Below, piece by piece: positions 55,452-64,000 of a stretch of DNA of 64,000 bases. Made by a program: the position numbers and the translations under genes. Under the pieces are notes generated by a model. The model was not told the origin of the DNA. It saw nothing but the letters and a program-made list of their open reading frames with translations, and ran no database searches. How positions within the stretch are numbered: position 1 is the first letter of the stretch; every line of letters begins with the position of its first letter. Location of the stretch: assembly GCA_947471695.1 (NCBI GenBank), contig CANIWY010000001.1, positions 7,448-71,447 on the forward strand. The letters run 5' to 3'. The stretch is from Nitrosomonadaceae bacterium. Its GTDB lineage: Bacteria; Pseudomonadota; Gammaproteobacteria; Burkholderiales; Nitrosomonadaceae.

Positions 55452-56561
55452 TTATATTCTCATTGGCATTACGACGTATTTAAAATTATCATTTCCGGGC
55501 ACAGTAACTAGTGCACTACTACTCGCATCTCCAAATGAGCACCGTACCGTTTCACATGTTAAATTATTCAATACGTCTAGTAAGTAAGTGATATTGAATC
55601 CTATATCTAGGCCCTCTCCTTCGTACTGAATTTCTAATTCTTCTTGTGCCTCTTCCTGTTCGCTATTATTACAGACGATCCGTAAATTACCCGTCGTTAA
55701 TATAATTCGGGCTCCTCTGAATTTTTCATTTGAGAGAATCGCTGCTCTTTGTAGCGTTTGTAATAATAACAAACGGTTTACTTCAAAATGCTTTTGGTAC
55801 CCAATCGGAATTACCCGATTGTAATCTGGGAACTTTCCATCTACTACTTTCGATACGATCACGATATTTGAGAATGTAAACCGAATTTGATTTTGCAAAA
55901 TTTCTATAATGACCAACTCTTCACTATCATTTAGTTGTTTGGCTAACTCTAGTACCGCCTTCCGTGGAAGGATGACCTCTCTCCTTTCCTGGTTTAATTC
56001 TAGTTCCACCCACGCAAAACCAAGCCTATGTCCGTCTGTTGCTACCACTTTAAGTTGTTGGTCTTCCAGGAGCAATAAAAGTCCATTTAGATAATACCGT
56101 ATGTCCTGTTGAGCCATTGCATATTGGACTAAAAACAATAGATTTTTTAATTCTTTCTGTTTCAGAGTTATCTTCGCCTGCGGTTCAATACTTTCTGGTA
56201 GTTTTGGAAAGTCTTCTACCGGTAATGTCTGTAAATTAAATCTACTTTTCCCTGCTTTTACTTGTAAGCGGTTTTCTTCTACATCGAGTGTTACTACTGA
56301 TTTTTCTGGTAGTGCGCGCAGAATATCTTGTAATTTTTTCGCAGCTACTGTTACTGCTAATCCATTTTTGCTATTTTCGCTGTCTTTGGTGGTTGTCGTT
56401 ATTTGTATTTCTAGATCTGTTGCCATAAAGCTGATAGTTTCATTTTTCTTTTCTATTAATACATTTGAAAGTATTGGTAAGGTGTGCCTTCTTTCGACTA
56501 TTCCAGTTACAGCTTGAAGCGGTTTTAGCAAAGCTTCTTTATCAGTTTGTATTAATTTCAT
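55452..56561 (-). CDS. dnaN: DNA polymerase III beta sliding clamp
   Basis: 369 aa. The three-domain beta-clamp pattern (LSNVLIE..., ...YVVMPMRI C-terminus). Follows dnaA. Confidence 0.95.
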   Translation of the reverse strand: MKLIQTDKEALLKPLQAVTGIVERRHTLPILSNVLIEKKNETISFMATDLEIQITTTTKDSENSKNGLAVTVAAKKLQDILRALPEKSVVTLDVEENRLQVKAGKSRFNLQTLPVEDFPKLPESIEPQAKITLKQKELKNLLFLVQYAMAQQDIRYYLNGLLLLLEDQQLKVVATDGHRLGFAWVELELNQERREVILPRKAVLELAKQLNDSEELVIIEILQNQIRFTFSNIVIVSKVVDGKFPDYNRVIPIGYQKHFEVNRLLLLQTLQRAAILSNEKFRGARIILTTGNLRIVCNNSEQEEAQEELEIQYEGEGLDIGFNITYLLDVLNNLTCETVRCSFGDASSSALVTVPGNDNFKYVVMPMRI

Positions 56562-56689
56562 TTATTTAAACCTTGATAATCGTTAATAGAAGTCAGCTAA
56601 ATTCTGTATTGTTTTATTGATCGTTTTAAAATCAATATGTTGTTTATCTTTTCTTCTTTGTATTAATTCCGTATTGTTTCGGGACTATT

Positions 56690-56698
56690 TGTGGATAA
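56690..56698 (-). promoter_or_regulatory. Perfect DnaA box (TTATCCACA on the minus strand) in the dnaA-dnaN spacer
   Basis: The plus strand reads TGTGGATAA at 56690-56698, inside a very AT-rich 188-bp spacer. Confidence 0.6.
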
Positions 56699-56724
56699 AT
56701 ATTTCAAGCTATTGAAATATTGAG

Positions 56725-56733
56725 TTATCCAGA
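56725..56733 (+). promoter_or_regulatory. Near-consensus DnaA box TTATCCAGA (1 mismatch)
   Basis: Read directly from the sequence. It is inverted relative to the 56690 box, with 26 bp between them. Confidence 0.45.
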
Positions 56734-56749
56734 AAGTATTCAATTGTTA

Positions 56750-58153
56750 TTAGCCTCTTAAAATATGAATTAGCGCATTAAAATCTCTGTTTGTAATTGG
56801 GTCAGTATTTCTTAATTCTGCTATTTTCCTATATCCATGTAATACGGTGGTATGGTCTCTACCACCAAAGGCCTCACCTATATTTGGTAGGCTTAAGGTT
56901 GTTAATTCCTTAGCTATTGCCATTGCCATTTGTCGGGGTCTTGCAACTGTTCGCGTACGGCTCTTTGAATACATCTCTACGACCTTAATCTTATAGTAAT
57001 CTGCCACTGTTTTCTGTATATTTTCTATTGTTATCTGGCGGTTCTGAACTGCTAGTAAATCTTTCAATGACTCCCGTGCAAGGTCCAGAGACAACTCCAG
57101 TCCTGTAAATCTTGAGTATGCGAGCACACGTTTTAATGCCCCCTCTAACTCTCTTACGTTTGAACGAATATGTTTTGCTATGAAAAATGCGATATTTTCA
57201 TCTAGTTTTATTTTTTCTTGAAACGCCTTCTTCAATAAGATAGCAACCCGCATCTCTAGTTCGGGCGGTTCAACTGCGACAGTTAGTCCCCACCCAAACC
57301 GAGATACCAATCGTTCTTCCATTCCAGATATCTCTTTTGGATAGGAGTCACATGTGATAATTACTTGTTTATGTGCCTCTACGAGAGCATTAAATGCATA
57401 AAAAAACTCTTCTTGAGTTCTGTTTTTGCCGCCAATAAACTGGATATCATCGACCAATAATATATCTAGGGAATGATAGTACCGCTTGAATTCATCAAAC
57501 GCTTTATGTTGGTAGGCTCGTACTACGTCTGATACATATTGCTCAGCATGTATATAGCGTACTTTTGCTTGCTTGTTTTGGTTTATTACCAGGTTCCCTA
57601 TTGCCTGAATTAGATGGGTTTTGCCGAGTCCTACGCCGCCATATATAAAGAGGGGGTTGTATGCCGTTCCCGGAAACTCGGCCACTTGAATTGCTGCTGC
57701 GCGCGCAAGTTGATTGGCTTTTCCTGTTACGAAATTATCAAAGGTAAATGCCGGATTTAGCCGGCTTGTGTTTTGCTGGCCAAGTACTTTTTCTTTGGGA
57801 ATGCTTTCTATTTGTTGTTTTTTTATTATAGGCATTACTGTTTCAGCGGTTTCCTTATCTTTTGTTATCTGTTCGGCTTTAGTTTTTTCGGTATCTGCAA
57901 GGTTTATCTTAAATCTTATGGCCTTCGAAAAGTGATTTTCTGCTAACTTTTCTATTGTTGATAGAAAGTTTTCTTTTACCCATTGTTGAACAAAACGGTT
58001 TGGAGCTGTAATTACGATTTGATTTGGGATGCTGCTTGATAAATCAAGCTGTAACGGCTTGATCCAAGTGTTGAATTGTTGGGCGCTTAGTTCTTTTGCA
58101 AAATACTCAAAGCATGAGCTCCAAAACGTTTCTTCTGCGGTTCTCATAGTCAT
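56750..58153 (-). CDS. dnaA: Chromosomal replication initiator protein DnaA
   Basis: AAA+ core [18 protein letters not shown], and the domain IV DNA-binding helix ([15 protein letters not shown]). Confidence 0.98.
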   Translation of the reverse strand: MTMRTAEETFWSSCFEYFAKELSAQQFNTWIKPLQLDLSSSIPNQIVITAPNRFVQQWVKENFLSTIEKLAENHFSKAIRFKINLADTEKTKAEQITKDKETAETVMPIIKKQQIESIPKEKVLGQQNTSRLNPAFTFDNFVTGKANQLARAAAIQVAEFPGTAYNPLFIYGGVGLGKTHLIQAIGNLVINQNKQAKVRYIHAEQYVSDVVRAYQHKAFDEFKRYYHSLDILLVDDIQFIGGKNRTQEEFFYAFNALVEAHKQVIITCDSYPKEISGMEERLVSRFGWGLTVAVEPPELEMRVAILLKKAFQEKIKLDENIAFFIAKHIRSNVRELEGALKRVLAYSRFTGLELSLDLARESLKDLLAVQNRQITIENIQKTVADYYKIKVVEMYSKSRTRTVARPRQMAMAIAKELTTLSLPNIGEAFGGRDHTTVLHGYRKIAELRNTDPITNRDFNALIHILRG

Positions 58154-58229
58154 TTTGTTTACAGTGATTCTGTATTGCGAGATTTTCAGCTACGATAATC
58201 GAAGCTCATTCTATCCGCATTCCCCTATC

Positions 58230-58238
58230 TTATCCACA
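58230..58238 (+). promoter_or_regulatory. Perfect DnaA box TTATCCACA in the dnaA-rpmH divergent spacer, with a degenerate copy CTATCCGCA at 58211-58219
   Basis: Read directly from the sequence. It lies 17 bp upstream of the rpmH -35 element and 77 bp upstream of the dnaA start codon on the other strand. Confidence 0.6.
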
Positions 58239-58254
58239 GCACTAAAAATATAAG

Positions 58255-58283
58255 TTGACATCCCCCTTCGCCGGCGGTGTAAT
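58255..58283 (+). promoter_or_regulatory. Sigma70-type promoter for rpmH
   Basis: -35 TTGACA (58255-58260), a 17-bp spacer and -10 TGTAAT (58278-58283), about 33 nt before the rpmH ATG. Confidence 0.55.
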
Positions 58284-58315
58284 GCCACGTTTATCTACTC
58301 GCTCTTAGAGGAAAA

Positions 58316-58450
58316 ATGAAGCGTACTTATCAACCATCCGTTACTCGAAGAAAGCGTACTCACGGGTTTTTAGTTCGCATGAAAACACGTGGAGGGGCTT
58401 CAGTTATTCGCGCCCGCCGCGCCAAAGGCCGCAAACGTTTGGGAGTTTAG
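58316..58450 (+). CDS. rpmH: 50S ribosomal protein L34
   Basis: Below the ORF-track cutoff. Hand translation gives [54 protein letters not shown] lies upstream. Confidence 0.97.
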   Translation: MKRTYQPSVTRRKRTHGFLVRMKTRGGASVIRARRAKGRKRLGV

Positions 58451-58518
58451 CCCTACCCCGGTCAAGTTTCATTTATTTTTGGGTCTGTATTATTCGTTTT
58501 CTTTCGAAATGTCACCGG

Positions 58519-58839
58519 TTGCACAACGCAGAGGATTTTTCTTCTGTTCTCCGGTTCAGATGTTCTAACAACGGCGAGTTTTTCAGGATTTTTGCCCGGC
58601 CAAATAACCTTACTTATTCCCGACTTGGTTTTATTGTTGCCGGGAAGGTTGAGCGGCTTGCGGTTAACCGAAATCGGGTGAAGCGTTTGTTGCGTGAATT
58701 GTTTCGTAGTAAGCATCAGCAATTGTCTGGTTTTGATTTTGTTGTGCGGTTACAACGGCGTCTCCCCCGCAAAGACTCTTCGAGGGCGAGAGTAGAAGCA
58801 GATATGCTTATGACTCAATTGCTTCGATGTCGCGATTAA
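58519..58839 (+). CDS. rnpA: Ribonuclease P protein component (start uncertain)
   Basis: EDFSSVLRF...RLGFIVAGKV.RLAVNRNRVKRLLRE is the RnpA pattern. TTG 58519 is the only canonical start, and the conserved F....RL segment lies just upstream of it in frame. Confidence 0.85.
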   Translation: MHNAEDFSSVLRFRCSNNGEFFRIFARPNNLTYSRLGFIVAGKVERLAVNRNRVKRLLRELFRSKHQQLSGFDFVVRLQRRLPRKDSSRARVEADMLMTQLLRCRD

Positions 58840-59036
58840 TCATCGGTTTTATTCGGCTCTATCAGTATTTTTTGAGCCCTTTTTTGGGGCCCTCATGTCG
58901 GTTCATCCCAACATGTTCTGACTATGCGTGCATGGCGCTGTCTAAGCATGGGGTTTTTCGAGGTTCCTTGATGAGTTTTGGGAGGATACTGCGGTGTAAT
59001 CCTTGGTGTCAGGGTGGGCATGACCCTGTTCCATAG
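58827..59036 (+). CDS. yidD: Membrane protein insertion efficiency factor YidD
   Basis: LIRLYQYFLSPFLGPSCRFIPTCSDYA...RILRCNPW is the invariant YidD pattern. Overlaps the rnpA 3' end by 13 nt. Confidence 0.93.
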   Translation: MSRLIIGFIRLYQYFLSPFLGPSCRFIPTCSDYACMALSKHGVFRGSLMSFGRILRCNPWCQGGHDPVP

Positions 59037-59110
59037 GCTTTTATTGAGAGTGAATTATTTGCGTAGCGGGTCGTATCCGTTTTCGTTAAAACTTACATTT
59101 GTTAAATGAC

Positions 59111-60802
59111 ATGGATACAAAAAAACTCATACTTTTCATGATCTTTTCTACATCCCTACTTTTTTTATGGGATGCGTGGCAGAGACAACAGCCCCCCCCC
59201 GCAGCAGTCACTGCCGCTACTAAGACCGCTGGCAATACCTCATCTTCTGTGTCTAAAGATGATAGGCCGACCCCCGGTGAAGGCCTTGTTTCCAGTCAAC
59301 CGGCGAAAGTGACCCCTGCCGAAGTTGACTTGGGCGGTAAGCTTGAACCCGGAGACACCGTTGTTGTTAAAACTAATTTCGTAATTGCTGAGATCGACAC
59401 TGCGGGCGGTGATTTACGCCGTGTTGAGTTATTGTTTCATCCAGAAAGGGGTGACAGGAATAAACCGTACGCACTTTTAGATAACCAGCCTGGACGTATT
59501 AATGTTGCTCAGTCTGGCCTAATTGGTGAGGGGCTCCCCAGCCATAAGACTCGCTATACTTCGGCGACTACTACCTATAATTTAGATGCCAATCAATCTG
59601 AGATTAAGGTCCGCCTTCTTGCACCAGAGATCAACGGTGTTCAGGTCACCAAAATTTACACTTTTTATCGTGATAGTTACATCATTGATGTTGGTTTTGA
59701 GATCCTTAATCAAGGATCTTCGGCTATTCAGCCTTTCTCCTATTTTCAGATTTTACATGACAGCCCGCCGCCAGATAGCTCACTTTTTATGGTGCCTACT
59801 TATACCGGCGCTGCCATGTATACCGACCAGGATAAGTTTAAAAAGATCGAGTTTTCTGCTCTTGACAAGAATAATGCTACTTATCCTAAGGATTCTGATA
59901 ACGGCTGGATTGCAATGCTGGAGCATTATTTTGTTACTGCCTGGTTGCCTTCCGATAAGACCCCTCGTGAATATTATGCCAAGCGACTCAGTGAGAACAG
60001 GTATACAGCCGGCGTAATTGTCCCGACAGGAGTTATTGCACAAGGGGAGACTAAGGTTGTTGACGTTCCGCTCTATGTTGGGCCTCAGGAACAGAGCAAG
60101 CTTGCCTCTCTTGCTCCCGGTTTAGATCTTACGGTTGACTATGGTTGGCTTACAGTGATCGGAGCGCCATTATTCTGGCTTCTTTCTGTATATCACTCCA
60201 TGACTGGGAATTGGGGTGTTTCAGTTATTCTTTTAACACTCTCGGTTAAGCTGGTTTTCTTTCCCTTATCAGCTGCGGGTTACAGGTCTATGGCTAAGAT
60301 GCGTGTTGTTGGCCCTAGGCTGCAGAAACTGCGTGAGCAACATGGTAGTGATCGGCAGTTGATGCATCAAAAGATGATGGAATTTTACAAGGTCGAAAAA
60401 ATTAACCCGTTAGGTGGCTGCTTACCTATTCTGGTTCAAGTCCCTGTTTTTATTTCATTATTCTGGGTTTTGCTTGCAAGCGTCGAACTTAGATATGCTC
60501 CCTTCATCCTTTGGATTGAGGACATGTCTTCGCCAGATCCTTTTTATGTTATGCCCATTATTATGGGGATATCTATGTATTTTCAGGCGAAACTCAGTCC
60601 TGCACCTGCTGACCCTATGCAAGCGAAGGTGATGCAAATAATGCCTTTTGCTTTCAGTATTTTCTTTTTCTTTTTCCCCGCTGGACTTGTGCTGTATTCG
60701 TTAACAAATAATATACTTTCAATTGCTCAGCAATGGCAGATCACACGGATGATCGAGCGTGCTGCTGCTGTCGCCGCCACCACCCCTAATATGAAAAAGT
60801 AG
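59111..60802 (+). CDS. yidC: Membrane protein insertase YidC
   Basis: N-terminal TM helix, a large periplasmic domain and the conserved C-terminal 60-kDa insertase core (NPLGGCLPILVQVPVFISL...). I prefer ATG 59111 over the upstream TTG 59099. Confidence 0.95.
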   Translation: MDTKKLILFMIFSTSLLFLWDAWQRQQPPPAAVTAATKTAGNTSSSVSKDDRPTPGEGLVSSQPAKVTPAEVDLGGKLEPGDTVVVKTNFVIAEIDTAGGDLRRVELLFHPERGDRNKPYALLDNQPGRINVAQSGLIGEGLPSHKTRYTSATTTYNLDANQSEIKVRLLAPEINGVQVTKIYTFYRDSYIIDVGFEILNQGSSAIQPFSYFQILHDSPPPDSSLFMVPTYTGAAMYTDQDKFKKIEFSALDKNNATYPKDSDNGWIAMLEHYFVTAWLPSDKTPREYYAKRLSENRYTAGVIVPTGVIAQGETKVVDVPLYVGPQEQSKLASLAPGLDLTVDYGWLTVIGAPLFWLLSVYHSMTGNWGVSVILLTLSVKLVFFPLSAAGYRSMAKMRVVGPRLQKLREQHGSDRQLMHQKMMEFYKVEKINPLGGCLPILVQVPVFISLFWVLLASVELRYAPFILWIEDMSSPDPFYVMPIIMGISMYFQAKLSPAPADPMQAKVMQIMPFAFSIFFFFFPAGLVLYSLTNNILSIAQQWQITRMIERAAAVAATTPNMKK

Positions 60803-60898
60803 TTGTTGCCCAGGTGCTTGTTTTTTGTGGGCTCTGGTCAAACAGTTATTAATTTGTGACTGGGGTTTTGTTTTCCGGTTTTATTTAGATCGTCCTCC

Positions 60899-62254
60899 AT
60901 GCCCATTGTCGACATAATTGCCGCCATTGCCACCCCAACAGGTCGTGGCGGTATTGGTGTGGTTCGGGTCTCGGGTGAAGACCTAAAACCCTTGTCTCTT
61001 GCTATTTTGGGAAATGTTCCTAAGGACAGGTACGCAACCCTATGTTCATTCCGTGACGGTGATGGATTAATTATAGACAACGGGATCGCCCTTTTTTTCC
61101 CGGGGCCGCACTCGTATACCGGTGAAGACGTATTGGAGCTTCAGGGCCACGGAGGTCCGGAAATTATGAAGCTGTTGCTTTCTCGATGCCTTGCCGCAGG
61201 CGCTCGTCTAGCGCAGCCGGGGGAGTTTACCCTGAGAGCGTTTCTTAACAATAAGATGGACCTTGCACAGGCTGAGGCTGTTTCAGACCTCATTGATGCG
61301 AGCAGCAGTGAAGCGGTTCGATATGCTGTGCGTTCGTTGCAAGGAGATTTCTCGGCCGCCATTTTAAAGCTGGTTTCTTCTGTGATTAACTTGCGCATGA
61401 CCATCGAGGCAATATTGGACTTTCCTGACGAGGAGACTGGGCTGTTGCATCAGAGTGGCCTGTTCACTGCGCTCAATGATATTGGGGCTCAGCTTGAGTG
61501 TGTGCTTACCTCGGCAAAACAAGGAAACCTGCTTCGAGAGGGTAGACGTGTTGTGCTGGTGGGCCGGCCCAATGTCGGCAAATCTAGCCTAATCAACCGG
61601 CTAGCTGGTGAGGAGGTTTCGATTGTTACGGAAATTCCCGGTACGACCCGTGATGCTATTCGCCAAGGGATCAGCCTAGAGGGCGTGTCTTTACAGTTTA
61701 TAGATACGGCGGGTCTAAGAGAGACGCATGACCCGGTTGAAAAGATCGGAATTGCACATACACGTGCGGCCATTGAGAATGCTGATTTAGCTTTGTTATT
61801 GATTGACGCACGCTCGGGTGTGACCCCTGAGGACCGGACAATACTTGATGCTTTTCCACCGGGACTTCCCGTGATCCAAGTTTTTAACAAGATCGACATT
61901 TTGAACGAATATCCGCGCATTAGTTTTTCGTCGGATGTTCAAGAGGTTTATCTTTCTGCTAAGACGGGTGCTGGCATCGAGTTGCTCAGACAGGTTATGC
62001 TTGAAGTATTTGGATGGCGGCCGAGCATTTCTGGAGAGGGCCTGTTCATGGCTAGGCAGCGTCACCTACAGGCGCTTTTAGAGGCCCGCACCAATTTACA
62101 GGCCGCTGCTGCAATGGTTGGGTATGAGCTCCAGTTGGAGTTGTTGGCTGAAGAGTTGAGGCTTGCGCAGCATTCGCTATCATCCATTACTGGTGAGTTC
62201 GCCGCAGACGCGCTGTTAGGCGAAATATTTTCCCGCTTTTGTATTGGTAAATAA
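60899..62254 (+). CDS. mnmE: tRNA modification GTPase MnmE (TrmE)
   Basis: DIIAAIATPTGRGGIGVVRVSG, G-domain GRPNVGKSSLIN / DTAGLR / NKID, and the C-terminal CIGK. Confidence 0.96.
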   Translation: MPIVDIIAAIATPTGRGGIGVVRVSGEDLKPLSLAILGNVPKDRYATLCSFRDGDGLIIDNGIALFFPGPHSYTGEDVLELQGHGGPEIMKLLLSRCLAAGARLAQPGEFTLRAFLNNKMDLAQAEAVSDLIDASSSEAVRYAVRSLQGDFSAAILKLVSSVINLRMTIEAILDFPDEETGLLHQSGLFTALNDIGAQLECVLTSAKQGNLLREGRRVVLVGRPNVGKSSLINRLAGEEVSIVTEIPGTTRDAIRQGISLEGVSLQFIDTAGLRETHDPVEKIGIAHTRAAIENADLALLLIDARSGVTPEDRTILDAFPPGLPVIQVFNKIDILNEYPRISFSSDVQEVYLSAKTGAGIELLRQVMLEVFGWRPSISGEGLFMARQRHLQALLEARTNLQAAAAMVGYELQLELLAEELRLAQHSLSSITGEFAADALLGEIFSRFCIGK

Positions 62255-62266
62255 TCTAAAATCCGT

Positions 62267-62285
62267 CCCCTGCTTTCGGGGGTTT
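62267..62285 (+). terminator. Candidate intrinsic terminator after mnmE
   Basis: Stem CCCCTG (62267-62272) / CGGGGG (62277-62282) with one G-U pair and a CTTT loop. Only a short TTT tract follows. Confidence 0.35.
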
Positions 62286-62408
62286 CACGTGAAACACGCG
62301 TCAAACCCAGGAGTGTTCTGATTTTTGCTTAAAGCCGGGGGAGGTTACGCCCCCCCTGGTTTTGCCGTAGAATGCTGTTCTTCTAGACAGCTGATATTTG
62401 TTCAATTA

Positions 62409-64000
62409 ATGTTCCCCTCTGAAAATTTCGATGTGATTGTAGTGGGTGGCGGCCATGCCGGTACCGAGGCGGCCTTGGCGGCAGCGCGGATGGGCCAAAG
62501 AACATTATTGCTCTCACACAATATCGAAACATTGGGGCAAATGTCGTGCAACCCCTCAATCGGCGGAATTGGCAAGGGCCATCTAGTCAAAGAGGTAGAC
62601 GCACTTGGTGGGGCCATGGCTGCTGCTGCTGATGAGTCTGGCCTGCAGTTTCGAATACTTAATTCAAGCAAGGGTCCCGCGGTGCGGGCGACCCGCGTTC
62701 AGGCGGATCGGATGCTCTATCGACAGGCGATTCGGCGACGATTGGAGAATCAGCCGAATCTTTGTTTGTTCCAGCAGGCGGTGGATGATCTAACCCTCGA
62801 AGGTGATCGAGTCACGGGGGTTGTCACGCAGATGGGGGTAAGGTTTTCTGCTCGAGCGGTGATCTTAACTGCGGGAACTTTTCTTGGTGGGTTGGCGCAT
62901 ATAGGGCCAAGTAGTTTTCAGGCTGGGCGGGCTGGTGACCCGCCTTCTATTAGTCTCGCGCGTCGTTTGCGGGAGATGAGCCTGCCCGTAGGGCGATTGA
63001 AAACGGGGACGCCGCCAAGGATAGACGGACGAAGCATCGACTATTCGGTCATGGAGGAGCAGTCTGGGGATGAGCCTGCACCAGTATTTTCATTCATGGG
63101 ATCTGTCTCTCAGCATCCCCGTCAATTATCATGCTGGATTACACAAACTAATAGCAAGACACACGACATAATTCGTGCCGGATTAGATCGATCACCTTTA
63201 TTTGCAGGCGCAATTGAGGGAATGGGCCCACGGTATTGTCCTTCGATCGAGGATAAGGTTGTGAGGTTTTCTGCCAAGGCATCCCACCAGATCTTTATTG
63301 AGCCAGAGGGGCTTCACACGCACGAAGTGTATCCCAATGGAATTTCGACCAGCCTGCCGTTCGATATGCAGGTGGATCTGGTGCGATCAATTAAGGGGTT
63401 GGAAAATGCGCATATTACAAGGCCTGGCTACGCAATTGAATATGATTACTTTGACCCGCGAGGGCTTAAGAGGTCTCTAGAAACCAAGTCGATAAACGGG
63501 CTATTCTTTGCAGGGCAGATCAATGGAACGACTGGTTATGAAGAGGCTGCGGCGCAGGGGCTATTGGCCGGCATTAATGCGAGCCTTAAGACGCAAGGGG
63601 TTGATTCATGGTGCCCGCGCCGTGATGAGGCGTATTTGGGTGTGCTGGTGGATGATCTCACCACCCGTGGCGTTACTGAGCCCTACAGGATGTTTACCAG
63701 TCGAGCCGAGTATCGGCTTCAACTAAGGGAGGATAATGCTGACCTACGTTTGACCGAGATCGGGCATGCCTTGGGGGTGGTGGAAGAGGCACGGTGGGGC
63801 GCATTTAATAAAAAGCGTGAGGCGATTACAGAGGAAGAAGGAAGATTGAAATCGGTCTGGGTCAACCCGAAGATGAATATAACCCCCAAGTTTGAAGCCG
63901 ATATTCTTAGGGTGTTGGGTAAACCACTTGAGCGGGAATACTCTTTATATGAGTTGTTGCGTCGACCATCTGTTACCTATGCAGATCTGTTGGCGTTAAT
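62409..64000 (+). CDS. mnmG: tRNA uridine 5-carboxymethylaminomethyl modification enzyme MnmG (GidA); the 3' end lies beyond the window
   Basis: Not in the ORF track because it has no stop within the window. Hand translation from ATG 62409 gives [68 protein letters not shown]... Confidence 0.95.
   Translation, partial: MFPSENFDVIVVGGGHAGTEAALAAARMGQRTLLLSHNIETLGQMSCNPSIGGIGKGHLVKEVDALGGAMAAAADESGLQFRILNSSKGPAVRATRVQADRMLYRQAIRRRLENQPNLCLFQQAVDDLTLEGDRVTGVVTQMGVRFSARAVILTAGTFLGGLAHIGPSSFQAGRAGDPPSISLARRLREMSLPVGRLKTGTPPRIDGRSIDYSVMEEQSGDEPAPVFSFMGSVSQHPRQLSCWITQTNSKTHDIIRAGLDRSPLFAGAIEGMGPRYCPSIEDKVVRFSAKASHQIFIEPEGLHTHEVYPNGISTSLPFDMQVDLVRSIKGLENAHITRPGYAIEYDYFDPRGLKRSLETKSINGLFFAGQINGTTGYEEAAAQGLLAGINASLKTQGVDSWCPRRDEAYLGVLVDDLTTRGVTEPYRMFTSRAEYRLQLREDNADLRLTEIGHALGVVEEARWGAFNKKREAITEEEGRLKSVWVNPKMNITPKFEADILRVLGKPLEREYSLYELLRRPSVTYADLLAL

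Overview
This is a core chromosomal segment that spans the replication-origin neighbourhood. The gene order looks betaproteobacterial, which is an inference from synteny only. About 70 protein genes are recognisable and almost all are housekeeping. From left to right they are:
- bepA(partial)-glnB-nadE
- NUDIX, amiC-tsaE and the divergent queG
- a yqjD/E/K-like membrane trio
- queC-queE behind the complete ybgC-tolQ-tolR-tolA-tolB-pal-cpoB cluster
- ruvB, ruvA-ruvC-yebC
- thiO, ispH, a BtuF-like binding protein, a DAHP synthase, miaA
- a five-gene beta-oxidation cluster (fadE, acyl-CoA synthetase, hotdog thioesterase, reversed-domain fadB, fadA)
- a short AT-rich patch next to tRNA-Arg(CCT) that carries one orphan nuclease-like gene
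- bcp, a traR/dksA-like gene, smr, trxB-alaS-recX-recA-pncC
- pgpA-thiL-nusB-ribH-ribBA-ribE, then an oppositely oriented regB/regA redox two-component pair, then ribD-nrdR-glyA
- gyrB-dnaN-dnaA, diverging from rpmH-rnpA-yidD-yidC-mnmE-mnmG(partial)

I saw no rRNA, CRISPR array, transposase, integrase or recognisable multi-gene defence or mobile system. I do not find a convincing novel system in this window.

The points worth a second look are modest:
- a pronounced GC trough over dnaN-dnaA, with DnaA boxes on both sides of dnaA
- ruvC, which can only keep its catalytic N-terminus if it starts at a non-canonical ATT
- the tRNA-adjacent AT-rich islet with a PD-(D/E)XK-like orphan
- a TraR/DksA-like ORF with a CxxC...CxxW finger that overlaps smr by 180 bp
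- regBA splitting the riboflavin gene string
- a few perfect palindromes in intergenic spacers

All coordinates and motif calls come from reading the sequence and the ORF track. No database search was run.
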